NCBI RefSeq assembly: GCF_964213995.1 | Contig: NW_027590154.1 | Location: 806,001-870,000, forward strand | Length of the DNA: 64,000 nt | Direction of reading: 5' to 3' | Origin: Mustelus asterias | Lineage: Eukaryota | Part shown: piece by piece, positions 48,366 to 61,724 of the stretch | Layout: each line of letters starts with the position of its first letter | Position numbering within the stretch: the stretch's first letter is position 1 | The notes under the pieces: model-generated | What the model saw: the letters and a program-made list of their open reading frames with translations, nothing else | The model's database searches: none | Told to the model about the DNA's origin: nothing | Made by a program: the position numbers and the translations under genes

Positions 48366-49434
48366 ATTTAGTAATGCAGGACACGTGAGGTAGGCCAGAG
48401 AGAGGGGGCGACACAGAGCAGAAAAAATAGACTGTGGACTTTGTTGCCAATAGCAACGGTATGCCAATGGTACCAGAGACATTGTCCGTGTCATTTCAAG
48501 TTTGGAGAAACATGTGACGACTGCGCCCTCTGACGGTGACTCAGGGTACGTGACACTGTCTGCCAGTGCAAGGTTGTCGATGGGCAGACTCCAGCGGTCT
48601 TTTATTGAGAGACGTGTTTTCAAACAATTCAACTATGTAAACAGACGCGAGGGAAATATAAATAAATTGAAAGAACAGTGCATTCTGTGTCATTTCTGAA
48701 TCTCTTCCTTTCTGTCCTCCCCCCATCAGTTGGCTTTGTATTTCGCACTCGTAATGTCTCACTTTCTTTCATTTCTCCTTCCATACTTTTCTAATTGGTT
48801 GTCCTCTGCCTGTAATCCTAAGCAGAAAACGATTTCCAGAATTTTGACGCAAGGAACGGCGATATGGTTCAAAATGAGGATGGTGTGTGGCTTGAAGTGG
48901 TGCCGCAGAATGTGGTGTTCCCGTGCATCTGTTCCTCTTCTCCTTAGAGATGAAAGAGATTCCGGATTTCGAAGGTGCTATCGAAGCAGGGCTGACGGGT
49001 TAATTTAATCAAAGTTTCAAGTACATACATTAACTTATAATGGAAGACTGTGGTTTTGTTGGTTAACAAATAAGGATCATTGGACACCGTTATTTTTAAG
49101 AAGGTTTGTTTATTGCTGAGAAACGTTGCGCAAACCTGGTTATCCAGATTGCCGAGTGACATTGATTTATAGAGTCCACTCTCTAAGCCTCTTGTGTCGT
49201 CCACCTCCTCCTCTTCCAGTTACCATGCCCCAAGAGGGCATTGGTGACCATGGATGTCCATTTGATCGCTCTGTGATTTCAAAGTACTCCAGCGGTCTGT
49301 CATTGACTTCTGCAGTATTGTTGACCAGGTATCGGTTCCGTTCCCATCACCTGCCATCAGCAATACCGAAAGGATTTACAGGCTGATAATCAACGTGTTG
49401 ACCTCGTTAAGAACGTGACCATCAAGTTTGGTAG

Positions 49435-49975
49435 TTTGTGTTCTGTGGAACGAAGGGAACTTGGCGTGTTTGTCCACAGATGTCTGAAAGAGGAAGGGTA
49501 TGTTAGTAGGGTGGTGAAAAGGGCATACGTGACACTTCACTTTGTCAATCATGACATAGGTTGCAAAAGCATGGAACTCATGTTGGAACTGTGCAGAACT
49601 TTGGTGAGGCCACAGCTTGAGTACCGTGTGCAGTTCAGGTCGCCACATTCTCGGAAGGATGTGATTGCAATGCAGGGGGTGCAGAAGATATTTACCAGGA
49701 TACTACCTGGGATAGAACATTTAAGTTATGAAGCAAGGTTGGGTAGGCTTGGCTTGTTTTCGTTGGAGCAGAGAAAACTGAGGGGCGACCTGATCGAGGT
49801 GTACAAGATTATGAGATACACGGACAGAGTGGATAAAGAGCAGCTATTCCCCTTCATTGAAGGGTCAGTCACAAGGCGAAATAGGTTCAAGGTGAGGGGC
49901 AGGAGGTTTCGGGGGAATGTGAGGAAAACCTGTTTACCCAGAGGGTGGTGACAGTCTGGAGTACGCTGCATGGGA
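49435..49975 (+). mobile_element. CR1 LINE fragment
   Basis: LVRPQLEYRVQFRSPH...LGLFSLEQRKLRGDLIEVYK. Confidence 0.9.
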
Positions 49976-50442
49976 GGATTGCAAAATCTCTTCCCATCAT
50001 TTTCTTCCAAGTCCCGCAGTTTGATTTGAAACAGCTCAGCTTCTGTTTTTAGCTTCACACACAGACTCAAACTTTCTCCTCTGGCCAACATCTGTGAGGA
50101 AAATACTTTCTTTCGTCCCCTGGGAAATACAGAGACAGAGAAATTCTCTGGAACTGGAATTAGAGCTAAATATGCTGAGGGGGAAAATGTTTGTGATTTT
50201 GTGGAACCTGTTTTTATTGTCTGAGCTTTTTAAAGTGTAATTTATCCTGTCTATTCAAATACTGTTTCTTAATGAATGATTCAGTTGTGATAATTTTAGA
50301 TTATTTTTTAAAGTAAAAATTTAATAAATAAAACATTGTCTTTCAGTTTATTCCCTTGGGATTTGTGGGAATTTGTTTATTATAAGGTGACCATGAGGAT
50401 CGTAAAAACATTGATATGTCTGGTGTTGTTATATGGTGCATA

Positions 50443-50643
50443 TGATGTAGAGATGCCGGTGTTGGACTGGGGTGGGCACAGTAAGAAGTCTCACATCACC
50501 TGGTTAAAGTCCAACAGGTTTATTTGGAATCACGAGCTTTCAGAGCGCTGCTCCTTCTCACGTGATGAAGGGGCAGCGCTGTGAAAGCTTGTGATTCCAA
50601 ATAAACCTGTTGGACTTTAACCTGGTGTTGTGAGACGTCTTAC
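50443..50643. mobile_element. Penelope-like terminus forming a long hairpin (inverted pseudo-LTR)
   Basis: ggttaaagtccaacaggtttatttggaatcac ... gtgattccaaataaacctgttggactttaacc. Confidence 0.8.
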
Positions 50644-51199
50644 AATATGGTGCATATTAGGTATGTTATTTATGGATTTGTATTACAGTTGATGTTGTTT
50701 AATTCCAGAATAGTATTGTAACTACACTGTATATTTTCCAGTTAAAGAGTCAGCAGAGCACAAGATAAATCAATTCAGCAGCTTGAGTCCATGCCAAGTC
50801 TCTGTCGGGGAATCCACTCAGTGCCATTTTTCCTCGATATCCCTGTTCCCCAGTACGTTTAATTCCTTCAAGTGCCCGACCAATTTTATTTTGAAATCAC
50901 TGGTCGTCTCCACTTCCACCACTCTCATCGTCAGTGAGTTCCAGAACATGATTGCTTGCTCCCATGTCAAGTTCTTCCGCACCCATCTGTATCTCTAATC
51001 TTGTAATAGAGTTCTGAATATTGCATACATTTTTAGTTCACTAAATATGCAAATTTTTTATATGCTTGGACACAAGCCTGTGTGAAGATTTCAGGAATAT
51101 GTGTCCTGTACATGAAACAGTCAGCATGGATCTGTCGATTAGGATGAATCAGCACTCTCAGGACAATGTCTATTTCAGGTCCAGCAAAGTGAGAATGGA

Positions 51200-52140
51200 G
51201 GGAGAGTGTTTGGGATGGAGATTTACAAATTTTCAAGAATGAGAGGAAAGAATGTTCCACAGAAACTAGAATTGTCTGTTCTGAGTTTTTATCCTGTACT
51301 GACAGCAATGATTTTTGTGAATTTCTTTCACAGGCTATTAGAAGGGGAGAATTTACAGACACAAATCTCAACAAACATGACGTTAGGATCTGACAGAGTC
51401 ACACAATTATTCAGGATCTGAATACCATCGACATTTGAAACTAGAATGGAAAATGTTTGTCTTTTCCTTCAAACTGTTTAAACATCAGTGTGACTGGAAA
51501 ATCACTGAGACACATTCACTTGAGTGAGAGTATTCCAGTGAACTGACTGTGGAAAGAGCTTTAACCAGTTACACAGCCTGGAAAAGATTGAAGGATTCAC
51601 AGTGAGGAGAGAGACCATGTACGTGTTATCTGTGGGGTCAAACCTTCATCTGAACCTGGAGATTACAAAGACACGCAGACCATGGAAATGTAGGGACTGT
51701 GGGAAGGGATTCAATTGTCCCTCGAAGCTGGAAACCCTTCGATGCAGCCTCACTGTGGAGACACCGTTCACCTGCTCTGAGTTTGGAAGGGGATTTCGTG
51801 ATTCATCCACCCTGAGGAATCACCAGCGACTTCACATCAGGAGAGGCCATTCACCTGCTCTGAGTGTGGGAAGAAATTCAGCGATTCGTCTGCCCTGCTG
51901 ACACACCAGCGGGTTCACAATGGGGAGAGACCATTCACCTGTTGTGTGTGTGGAAAGGGATTCACTCAGTCATCTACCCTGCAGAACCACCAGCGATTTC
52001 ACACGGGTGAGGGACTGTTCCCCTGCTCAAAGCGTGGGAAGGGATTCACTCACTCATCCCTCCCGCTGACAAACCAACGCATTCACACTGGGCCGAGGCC
52101 ATTCATCTGCTCCGAGTGTGGGAGGGGATTCACTCAAGCT
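51200..52140 (+). pseudogene. C2H2 zinc-finger pseudogene (frameshifts, broken fingers, 3' truncated)
   Basis: [20 protein letters not shown] and [16 protein letters not shown] in different frames; upstream intron/exon cassette shared with the other two ZNF genes. Confidence 0.85.
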
Positions 52141-52500
52141 TTTGTGAGAAATGACTGAAAGGCAGTGGGAATTGTCAGGGTCTGATTACCTGCTGATGCT
52201 CTCGGAGACTGAACCATACAACCAGTGGAAGAATGAAGTGGCGATGTGGACACGGGTTACATCCCGATCAAGGAGGAAACAAGATCTGGCCTTGGCATTG
52301 TCACTTCCTAACACAAGGAAAATCAGCAACAAAGCATTTTCTGATCAGCCAAACTGCAAGTTGATAACTGCACTGGCACGGATGATTCATGTAAAGAATT
52401 CACTTCAGGTGGTTGGAGGGTAGAATCCCTGTCAATTGGTCTATGGGAGAAATCCCTAATTCCCCTCTGTGCCGGGCAATCGCCCTCCTGCTTTAAAGGG
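52140..52500 (+). mobile_element. Probable LTR-retrotransposon (Ty3/gypsy-like) gag/integrase relics
   Basis: PYNQWKNEVAMWTRVT...KQDLALALSLP (gag-like) and NPCQLVYGRNP (integrase C-terminal-like). Confidence 0.45.
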
Positions 52501-54464
52501 ATACAATTAGTTCCATTTTCAATCATCAATTATCTGATTGTTCCATGAAAAGAATTGCTCGAAGCAACAAATTATTGGAGATACCAGAAGAGGGTTTCTT
52601 CATGTGTAACGTTTGGACTGAAGAAGAAAAAACATCTTTCTCTTCGATTTGTTTTGAAACACTGTTTGTGTGAATTTTTGCGATCCCGGTCAGGACTGTT
52701 AACGTTTGCAGAGAAATTCGAACACCCAGTGATTAACTGAAAGAATTACATCACAAGATTCCACATTGTTAAACAAAAACAAACTTTATTGTATGTTTAA
52801 ATAAAATTTAAAAAGACAACACTACAAATTGAATACTACACTCAATAAAGATTTATGATATAAACCTAGTTCTATTTTTTTACCTCACCCCAAGAGTTTC
52901 TTTATACTTAACAATATCTTGAAGGTTCATTCACTTCTGTTCCTAGGAACCATCCCTAGGACCATCCCAAAGGTATGTCAAAGCTCTCCACAATTCACTT
53001 TAATTCTCCCCAGTACTCCAGGTATTCTCCAAGCTCCAAGAGTTTATGGGAGTCCATCCATTATCGTTTCACGAAACAAGCCTCCAATTTTCCTTTAAGC
53101 TCTCAAACTGTGGACTCCTCAGTCCAAACATGGGCTTCACTGCATTCTTGCTGACGGATTTAAATGTTGGAAACACCCCTGGTTTCTAATGGTCCTCTAG
53201 GCTTCTAGTCCCACAGCTGGTTCACAGCTCCTGGTCCCACAAGTGGTGGCTTCCAAGCTAACTGCAGACTGTCCGCTGGAACCAGGTCATTGATTGGAAA
53301 GGACTCAAAAGGTTACGGGGAAAAGGCAGGAGGATGGGATTGAGATTTATCAGCCATGATCGAATGACACAGCAGATTTGATGGGCCGAATAGCCTAATT
53401 CTGCTCCTATATCTTATGGTCTAATTCTAACCAAGGCTCCACCCTGAATCACATATCCCCATGGTAACAGAGACCAGGTGGAATATCTGACAGATATTTA
53501 GCTTCAAAACTAAACCTTTTTCCTGAGGTCTTCATGAAGAATTCACCTAACAAAAACAGTACAATAATTGTCAGTCCCAATGTCTCCAGCTAAAAGATCC
53601 AGCTGACCTTTTACAGTTCTTACCTCTCGAGTTTTGACTTCTTAAACCAACATGGGCCATGCTTTGTGACTGCGAATTCCCTGAGGGTGTTTTTGTCAGA
53701 TTCTCAATCCAGGTTTTCCATTTTTTAAAAGCAATTCTTGCAACTAATTCATATTTCTAAAACATAGGAATTATGAAATTAGATTTCTGTAACAAAAACA
53801 GGAAGAAATGGAAATGTATCACCTTCATAATATCCCATTTAGAATATTACAATATATAACATGCTGTATATCTTAACAACAGCCATGATCTTATTGAATG
53901 GTGGAGCAGGCTCGAAGGGCCAAATGGCCTCCTCCTGTTCATAAGTCCACTGTTTTCCTCTGTTGATCTATCTTATAACCTGCAATAGACATAATAATCC
54001 CTCCATTGTCCACTTCACATTCACAAGTCCAGCTTGGTAACAGCACACTGCTGGGTTCCATGTCCAGGAATCTCAGTCCACTGAAGATGGAAATTACTGC
54101 TTGCAGTCTTTTCTGAAAGTTTTCTTTTTACAATAATTATAGTCCAAAGTTCCTCCTGCAAAAGGAGAGTCTTCATTGCTGTTCATTTGTGAATTTTCAA
54201 GTTCTATTTTGAAAACAGTCTGTACAGAGTTCACATTTTGAAATTTATTTTCTTCCATGTTTGTAGTTCCTCCATTGTTTAAATCCAGAGAGAATATTCC
54301 ACTCAATTCCACATTGAAACTGTCTTCTTCTTGCTCAGTTGTAGCTGATTCCTTTATTGTCCAGGACAATATATTCACAATATCTTTAAAACAGAAATTA
54401 AACATTCCCATTTGATTCCAGACAGTAACATATTCTGTTGGTTTGTTCTTTATTGTCAATGTCA

Positions 54465-54760
54465 GGCTGGGGTTGTTCTCCTTGGAGCAAAGGATGTTGA
54501 GGGGAGATTTGATAGAGGTGGACAAGATTCTGACAGGTTTAGAAAGGTGGACAAAGAAAAGCTGTTCCCATTAGCTGATGGGACAAGGACGAGGGGGCAC
54601 AGATTCCTTGTTTTGGGTCAGAGATGCAAGGGGAGGAGTGGGGGGGGGGAGATGTTAGGAAGAATATTCTGATGCAGCGAATGGTAATGACCTGGAACTC
54701 GCGGCCTACGAGGGTGGAGGAAGTGGAGACAATAAACAATTACAAAGGAAATTGGATGGA
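54465..54760 (+). mobile_element. CR1 3' fragment
   Basis: LFSLEQRMLRGDLIEV...KEKLFPLADGTRTRGHRF. Confidence 0.8.
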
Positions 54761-55479
54761 CATTGGGGGGTTCCAAACAGAATGAAGAACAAAGAAAATC
54801 CATCAAGACATCATTTGACTGAGTGTGGCAGAAAGGGACCACAGGGTTGGAGTCAGTGGGATTCAGGGGGGAACTCTCCACCGGTTGGGGATATACCAGG
54901 GACAGACGAGGATGGCTGTGGTTGTTGGAGGTCAGTCATCACTGCAAGGGTCACTGCAGGGTTCATCTAAAACTCTGCTGGCCATGTTTAAACTCACATT
55001 AAGTGTTATTCCACTATCACCCTCGTGCACGATGATCCACCCAGTAAAGCAACAACTTAATATTAAAATTCTCATCCTTGGTTTCAAATCACTCCATGAC
55101 CTTGCCTGTCCCAATATCTATAATCTCCTATAAGCCTCACAACCCTCAATATATTACACTGCTCTAATTCTGGTCTTTAGTTTGTCCCTGACCTTGCTTC
55201 ACCATTGCAAGCTCTACCTTCAGTTGCTTAGGCTCCAACCTCTGGAATACCATCCCTACACGTCTCCAACTCTCCACCTCGCTTTACACCTTTAACACAC
55301 CCCTTAAAATCTATCACTTTGACCAAACCTTTGGTCATCTAACCTAATATCTTCTTTGTGGCTCAATATCATACTTTATTTTACAATGCTCCCTGGATGT
55401 TTTATTACTTTAAGGCGCTATATAAATATATTTTGTTGTTCCTCATGTCTCCTGGGCCTAATCATTTTCAGCGGCTTCA

Positions 55480-56960
55480 TTAATTACCGTCTCCCCACCG
55501 TAGGGTGGGAAACGGGGATGTTCACTGATGATTGCAGTGTATATTACCATTCACAACTCTGAATACTGAAGCTGCCCGCATGCAGCGCAGGACCAGGACA
55601 ATATTCAGGTTGGAGCTGATTGTCAATTCATACTGATACCACATAATTATCAGGAAATATCTATTTCCAGCAAGAAAATCTAACCATCTTCCCTTGATAT
55701 TCAATGGCATTACCATCAGTGAATGTCCCACCAGCAATAACTTTGGGGTTACCATTGACCAGTCATTTAAATACTGTGGTTACAGGAGCAGATCAGAGGT
55801 TGGGAGTTTTGTGGCAGGTTACTCACTTAATGACTCCCCAAAGGCTTGCCATGATTCACAAGGTATAAATCGGGAGTAAGGTGGAATATTCCCTACCTGG
55901 ATGAGTGTATCTGCAACAATTTTGTAGATCCTATCCAGGACAAAGTAGCTCGCCTGATCAGCATCTCAAATACCACCTTAAACATTCACTCTCCACCATT
56001 AGCCCACAGTGGTGGCAGTGTATCCCACATATTAGATGCACTGCAAGAAATCACCAAGGCTGTTTTCACAGCATGTTCCAAACCCTAACTTCTACCACTT
56101 GAAAAACAAGTGCAGCCAGCGTTTGGGAATGCCACCATCTGCAAATTGTACTCCACATCACATACCATTCTGACTTGAAAATCAATCACCATTCCTTCTC
56201 TGTCACTGCATCAAATTCCTGGAACTCCCTAACAGCGTTGTGGGTATACCTACACCAGATGCATTGCCGTGATTCAGGAAATTGGCTCACTTTCTTCACA
56301 AGGGCAATTAGTGATGCACAATGAATGTTGGCCTTGCCGCCACATTCACATCCCCTGAAAGAATAAAAAAATTCCTCATCCCTGGTATCATTCTCAGCCA
56401 TGAGGACTGTAATTATCAATGAACAGCTCCGCTTTCGACTTTATGATGGGGGGAGGGTCATTGGTGGAGCAACTGAGGATGGATGGGCCGAGGACACTAC
56501 CCTAGGGCTGAGATGATTGGCCTCCAACAACCGCGATCACCCTCCTCTGTGCGGGATGTGGCTCTCGCCGGTGGAGAGTTTCCCCCTGATTCCCATTGAC
56601 TTCAATGTTAATCGGGTTGCTTGATGCCACGCACAGTCAAATGCTGTCTTGATGTCAATGGCAATCACTCCAACATCACCCAGTTCAACTCTTTTGTCCA
56701 TGTTTGGACAAAGGCTGTAAATGAGGCAGGAGGTGAGTGGTCCTCGGTGGAACCCAAAATGAGCATCAGTGAGCAGGTTGTTGCTATAAATGCTGCTTGA
56801 TCGCACCGTTGGCAACAACATCTTCCATCATTTTGCTGATGATCGAGACGAGAGACATTGGAGGGCAGTTGGCCAGTTTGGATTTTTCCTTATCCATTGC
56901 CTTCAGCTGGTGATTGATATCCCTTGAAGTGAATCGAATTGGCTGAAGATGGGCATCTGT
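55480..56960. mobile_element. Decayed L2/CR1-superfamily LINE fragments in opposite orientations
   Basis: MFTDDC (RT motif) on plus; IAIDIKTAFD...WHQ...LKSMGIRGK on minus. Confidence 0.65.
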
Positions 56961-56989
56961 GATACTAGGGACCTCAGGATGGATAATCC

Positions 56990-58095
56990 ATATGGAGAGA
57001 TTAGAGAAGCTGGAATTGCACTCTATAGAGCAGGAAAGGTTAAGGAAAGATTTAATAGTGATATTCAAACTTTTGAGAGGTTTTAGTCCTATTTTCAAGA
57101 AGGGGAATAGGGATAGCCCAGGTAATTACCGACCAGTGAGTCTAACCTCAGTGGTTGGTAAACTGATGGAGAAGATCCTGAGGGACAGGATATATGAGCA
57201 TTTAGAGAGGTTTAGTATGCTCAAGAATACTCAGCATGGCTTTGTCAAGGGCAGATCGTGCCTTACGAGCCTGGTGGAGTTCCCCTCGCACCTTAAACCC
57301 ATGCCCCGAGTAATTGACTCTTCCACCCTGGGAAAAAGCTTCTGACTATCCACTCTGTCCATGCCCCTCATAATTTTGTAGACTTCTATCAGGTCGCCCT
57401 CCTCAACCTCCGTCGTTCCAGTGAGAACAAACCAAGTTTCTCCAACCTCTCCTGATAGCTAATGCCCTCCACACCGGGCAACATCCTGATAAATATTTTC
57501 CGTACCCTCTCCAAAGCCTCCACGTCCTTCTGGTAGTGTGGTGACCAGAATTGAACGCTAGATTCCAAGTGCGGTCTAACTAAGGTTCCATAAAGCTGCA
57601 ACAAGACTTGCCAATTTTTAAACTCAATGCCCCGGCCGATGAAGGCAAGCATGCCATATGCCTTCTTGATTATCTTCTCCACCTGCATTGCCACTTTCAA
57701 TGACCTGTGTACCTGCACACCCAGATGCCTCTGCCTATGAATACTCTTCAGGGTTCTGCCATTTACTGTATATTTCCCATCTGTATTCGACCTTCCAAAA
57801 TGCATTACCTCACATTTTTCCGGATTAAACTTCATCTGCCATCTCTCCGCCCAAGTCTCCAACTGATCTCTATCCTGCTGTATCCTCTGCCGGTCCCCAT
57901 CGCTATCCGCAAATCCACCAACCTTTGTGTCGTCCACAAACTTACCAATCAAACCAGTTACATTTTCCTCCAAATCATTTACATATATTACAAACAGCAA
58001 AAGTCCCAGCACTGATCCCTGAGGAATGTCACTTGTCACAGCCCTCCATTCAGAAATGTACCTTTGCACTGCGAACCTCTGTTTTCTTCTGACTA
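56990..58095. mobile_element. Composite CR1 fragments (plus 56990-57280, minus 57280-58095)
   Basis: NYRPVSLTSVVGK on plus; PQGSVLG...KFVDD...LERRRLR on minus. Confidence 0.9.
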
Positions 58096-58326
58096 AATAT
58101 CTCTAAACTTCCTAACACCCTGTCACTCTGTGATCCTTGTGACATTTGAAATCAGGTATTCACAAAAAGACTCAAAGAGCATCAGCCCACTGGAGGCTGA
58201 GACCAGCCAGTCCAGCACAAAGAAACCCTCTGACCCTTCCCATTGACCAACTGTGAGAATGAACAAAATGCAATCCTGGATGTAATTGAGAGCAGAAACA
58301 ATAACAGCAGAATCCAACCACTGTCA

Positions 58327-59085
58327 TCACTCGTGAACCTGTTGATGTCTCAGCAGCTGGGATGAAACGCTGAAACCCTTCCCACACTGAGAGCAGGTGA
58401 ACGGACTCTCCCCAGTGTGAACTCGCTGGTGCGTCCGCAGGGTGGATGACCGAGTGAATCCCTTCCCACACTGAGAACAGGTGAATGGCCTCTCCCCAGT
58501 GTGAACTAGCTGGTGTGTCTGCAGGGTGCATAACTGAGTGAATTCTTGCCCACACTGAGAGCAGGTGAACGGTCTCTCCCCAGTGTGAACTCGTTCGTGT
58601 GTCCGCAGGTTGGATGACTGAGTGAATCCCTTCCCACACTGAGAGCAGGTGAACGGCCTCTCCCCAGTGTGAATGCGTTGGTGTCTCTGCAGGTGGGATG
58701 GCTGAGTGAATCCCTTCCCACACTGAGAGCAGGTGAATGGACTCTCCCCAGTGTGAACTCGCTGGTGTCTCTGCAGGTGGGATGACCGAGTGAATCCCTT
58801 CCCACACTGAGAGCAGGTGAATGGCCTCTCTCCAGTGTGAACTCGCTGGTGTGTCTGCAGGCTGCAGAACTGAATGAATCCCTGCCCACACTGAGAGCAG
58901 GTGAATGGTCTCTCCCCAGTGTGAACTCGCTGGTGTGACTGCAGGTTGGTTGACCGAGTGAATCCCTCCCCACACTGAGAGCAGATGAACGGCCTCTCCC
59001 CAGTGTGGTTGCGCCGATGAGCTTCCAGCTGAGATGGGGTTCTGCATCCCTTCCCACAGTCCACACATTTCCATGGTTTCTCCAT
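58327..59085 (-). CDS. C2H2 zinc-finger protein, 9 tandem fingers, no KRAB seen
   Basis: ATG at 59085 (MEKPWKC); repeated CxxC...HxxxH with TGERPF linkers. Confidence 0.88.
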   Translation of the reverse strand: MEKPWKCVDCGKGCRTPSQLEAHRRNHTGERPFICSQCGEGFTRSTNLQSHQRVHTGERPFTCSQCGQGFIQFCSLQTHQRVHTGERPFTCSQCGKGFTRSSHLQRHQRVHTGESPFTCSQCGKGFTQPSHLQRHQRIHTGERPFTCSQCGKGFTQSSNLRTHERVHTGERPFTCSQCGQEFTQLCTLQTHQLVHTGERPFTCSQCGKGFTRSSTLRTHQRVHTGESPFTCSQCGKGFSVSSQLLRHQQVHE

Positions 59086-59756
59086 GGTGCAGGTGTCCTT
59101 ACCTCTCTCTTGGGTGGACAATTAGTTGAAACTTCGTCCACACACAGAACAAGATTACAGTTTCTACCCGCTGTGAATGGTGTGATATTGATTCAGACTG
59201 TGTAACTGGTTAAAGCTCTTTAGTCAGTGCATTGGAACACTCTCACTCGAGTGTGGTAGTGTGTTGATGCTTTTTCACTCACACTGACATTTCAAATCTT
59301 TTCAAATCGACAGACTGGACAATCATTTCTCCTTCTAGGTTCAAAGTCCGATGATATTGAGGTCCCAAGGAATAAGACTCTGTCAGATCGAGACGTGACG
59401 TTTGAGATTTCAGCCTGTGATTCCTCTTTCAATATCCTGTAAAATGAGTTTACAAAAGTCATCAGTGTCAGTACAGGATAGAAATTCAGAACAGACAATT
59501 TCTATGGAACATTCTTTCCTCTCTCATTCCCCAAAAGCTGTAAATCTCCATCCCACACACTCTCTCCCCATTCTCAGCAGGTCTGGCAGCATCTGTATGG
59601 AGAGAAAAGAACTGATGTTTCAGAGCTTTGACAAAGGGTCATCTAGACAAAAAACATCAGCTCTTTTCTCTCCTTACAGATGCTGCCAGACCTGCTGAGA
59701 TTTTCCAGCATTTTCTCTCTTGGTTTCAGATTCCAGCATCCGCAGTAATTTGCTTT

Positions 59757-60290
59757 TATAAGGCTGCAGATACCTCCTCCCAAGTAACATGCGTGTGCCC
59801 AACACATCACCACTTGTTTCCCTTATTTCTTTCGCACCCATGGTGCTCTCCGCAGTAAACACAGAGAAGTATTCATTAAAAATCTCACCCATCTCCTGTG
59901 GCTCCACACGCAGATGGCCATACTGATTTTTCAGGGGATCTATTCTCTCTCTAGCCACCCTTTTCCTCTTAATATAGCTATAGAACATCTTGGAATTTTC
60001 TTTAATCTTACCTGCCAGATCCATATCATACCCTCTTTTTGTCCTCCTGATTTCCCTCTTCAGTATTTTCTTACACTTTTTATAGTCAGAGTGATTCATT
60101 TGTCCCCGATTGCCTAAACCCAATGTATGCTTCCTTCTTTTACCTGACCAGAGCCTCAATGTCCCTTGTCTGCCAGAGATCCCTAAATTTACCATTCTTT
60201 CCCTGCATCTTAACAGGAATATACTGCCCCTGGACTCTTGATATCACACTTTTAAAACCTCCCAATTGCCAGTCATTCCTTTCCCTTCAT
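59757..60290 (-). mobile_element. CR1 ORF2 middle fragment
   Basis: LKREIRRTKRGY...KIKENSKMFYSYIK...MGEIFNEYF. Confidence 0.85.
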
Positions 60291-60299
60291 TGATCTCGC

Positions 60300-60780
60300 T
60301 TCCAAACTAAAACCGGCCGTCGCCATTACCCGCACTGATGTGGAGATGCCGGCGTTGGACTGGGGTAAACACAGCAACAAGTCAAACAACACCAGGTTAA
60401 AGTCCAACAGGTTTATCTGGTTCACCCGCACTGCGCATGCTTCAGGTCCCGCCCCTCATTCATTCCGATTGGTTGGAGGACCAGCCGCTCCCACTCGGTC
60501 CTCCAGCCCCGCCCCCTCTTCCTATTGGTCCGGAGCTGCTGTCAATCAGCCCCTGGGCATTGTGATGTGGAGCATGCGCAGTGTCATTGCTGTCCTTGGC
60601 GCTTGTTTGTCCCGGAGAAGCGGAGTCAGCGTTAGTGGCTGGGAGGATTTGGAAACACTTTGTGGATCCGCAAACCCTTCAGAATCATTGTCAGCTCCCT
60701 GGTTTGCAGCTGCGGGGCTTCTCCCTCCCTCCCTCCCGGGAACAGGCCCAGGTTAACGGCCCCATCCTGGCTCAGCCACT
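60300..60780. promoter_or_regulatory. CpG-rich putative bidirectional promoter between head-to-head ZNF genes
   Basis: Inverted NRF1-like motifs cactgcgcatgct (60429-60441) and agcatgcgcagtg (60571-60583), ATTGG boxes at 60468 and 60524, GC boxes (cccgcccc). Confidence 0.65.
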
Positions 60781-60984
60781 GGAGGATGGTTCACATCAGA
60801 GGATGGGGGAGGGGGACAATAAATAAGAGGTTACACTTTGTCCTCAAATCAATGAGGACTCTGATCTCTGGGAAGGAAGGAAACCCTGGGAGGTGGGCGG
60901 GGAGGATTCACAAACACCCGCTGGAGGCCCCAGACCCATTGGTTTTATTGTCAGTCTGCAGACAGGAGCTGGAGAACTAAACCC

Positions 60985-61245
60985 AGTAAGAAGTTTAACA
61001 ACACCAGGTTAAAGTCCAACAGGTTTATTTGGTAGCAAAAGCCACCAGCTTTCGAAGCGCTGCTCCTTTGTCAGGTAAGTGGGAGTTTTGTTCACAAACT
61101 CAATTTACAAGATAATGGTCGGAATGCGAGTCTTTACAGGTAATCAATTCTTAAAGGTACAGACAATGTGAGTGGAGGGAGAGTTGAGCACAGGTTAAAG
61201 AGATGTGTATTGTCTCCAGCCAGGACAGTTAGTGAGATTTCCACA
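60985..61245 (-). mobile_element. Penelope-like terminal fragment
   Basis: Same family as 14745-14995; hammerhead core mutated. Confidence 0.75.
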
Positions 61246-61724
61246 TCAATAACTGAACCCAGACAGAGGAGAGGGAGGGAGAAAATGGAGTGGAGGAAAG
61301 AAATGGTGGAGATGTTGAGATGGGTTTGGATTTCAGCCCAGGGGAGGTGGGAGAGTGTGTGGGACGGGGAACAAGAGAGGAAAATATGTTGCAGAGAAAT
61401 TTCAGAATTTCTATCCTGGACTGACAGTGATGGTACCCTGTATTTGTAAACTGTTTTTGCAGAGTATTATGAAGCAAGATTTACAGATATGAAACTCAAA
61501 CCAAACTTCACATCAAGATCTGTTTCAGTGATTTGATTAATCAGAAACTGAATATCATCAGCCTTTGTCTCCAGAAGGAGAAATGTTTATTCTGTCTGCG
61601 GGCAAAGATTTCAAACATCAGTGTGACTGAAAAAGCACCGAGACACACACACACCTGAGGGTTTCCAATGTGCTGAATGTGGAAAGTGGTTGAACAAGTC
61701 TGAAAAATAATCACATCATTCTCA

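Noticed and set aside
52690-53800. Possible solo LTR (TG...CA, reverse polyA signal)
   Set aside because: No matching target-site duplication and no second copy in the window.
58172-59141. 300-aa and 211-aa repetitive ORFs on the minus strand
   Set aside because: Alternative frames of the 84-bp zinc-finger repeats.
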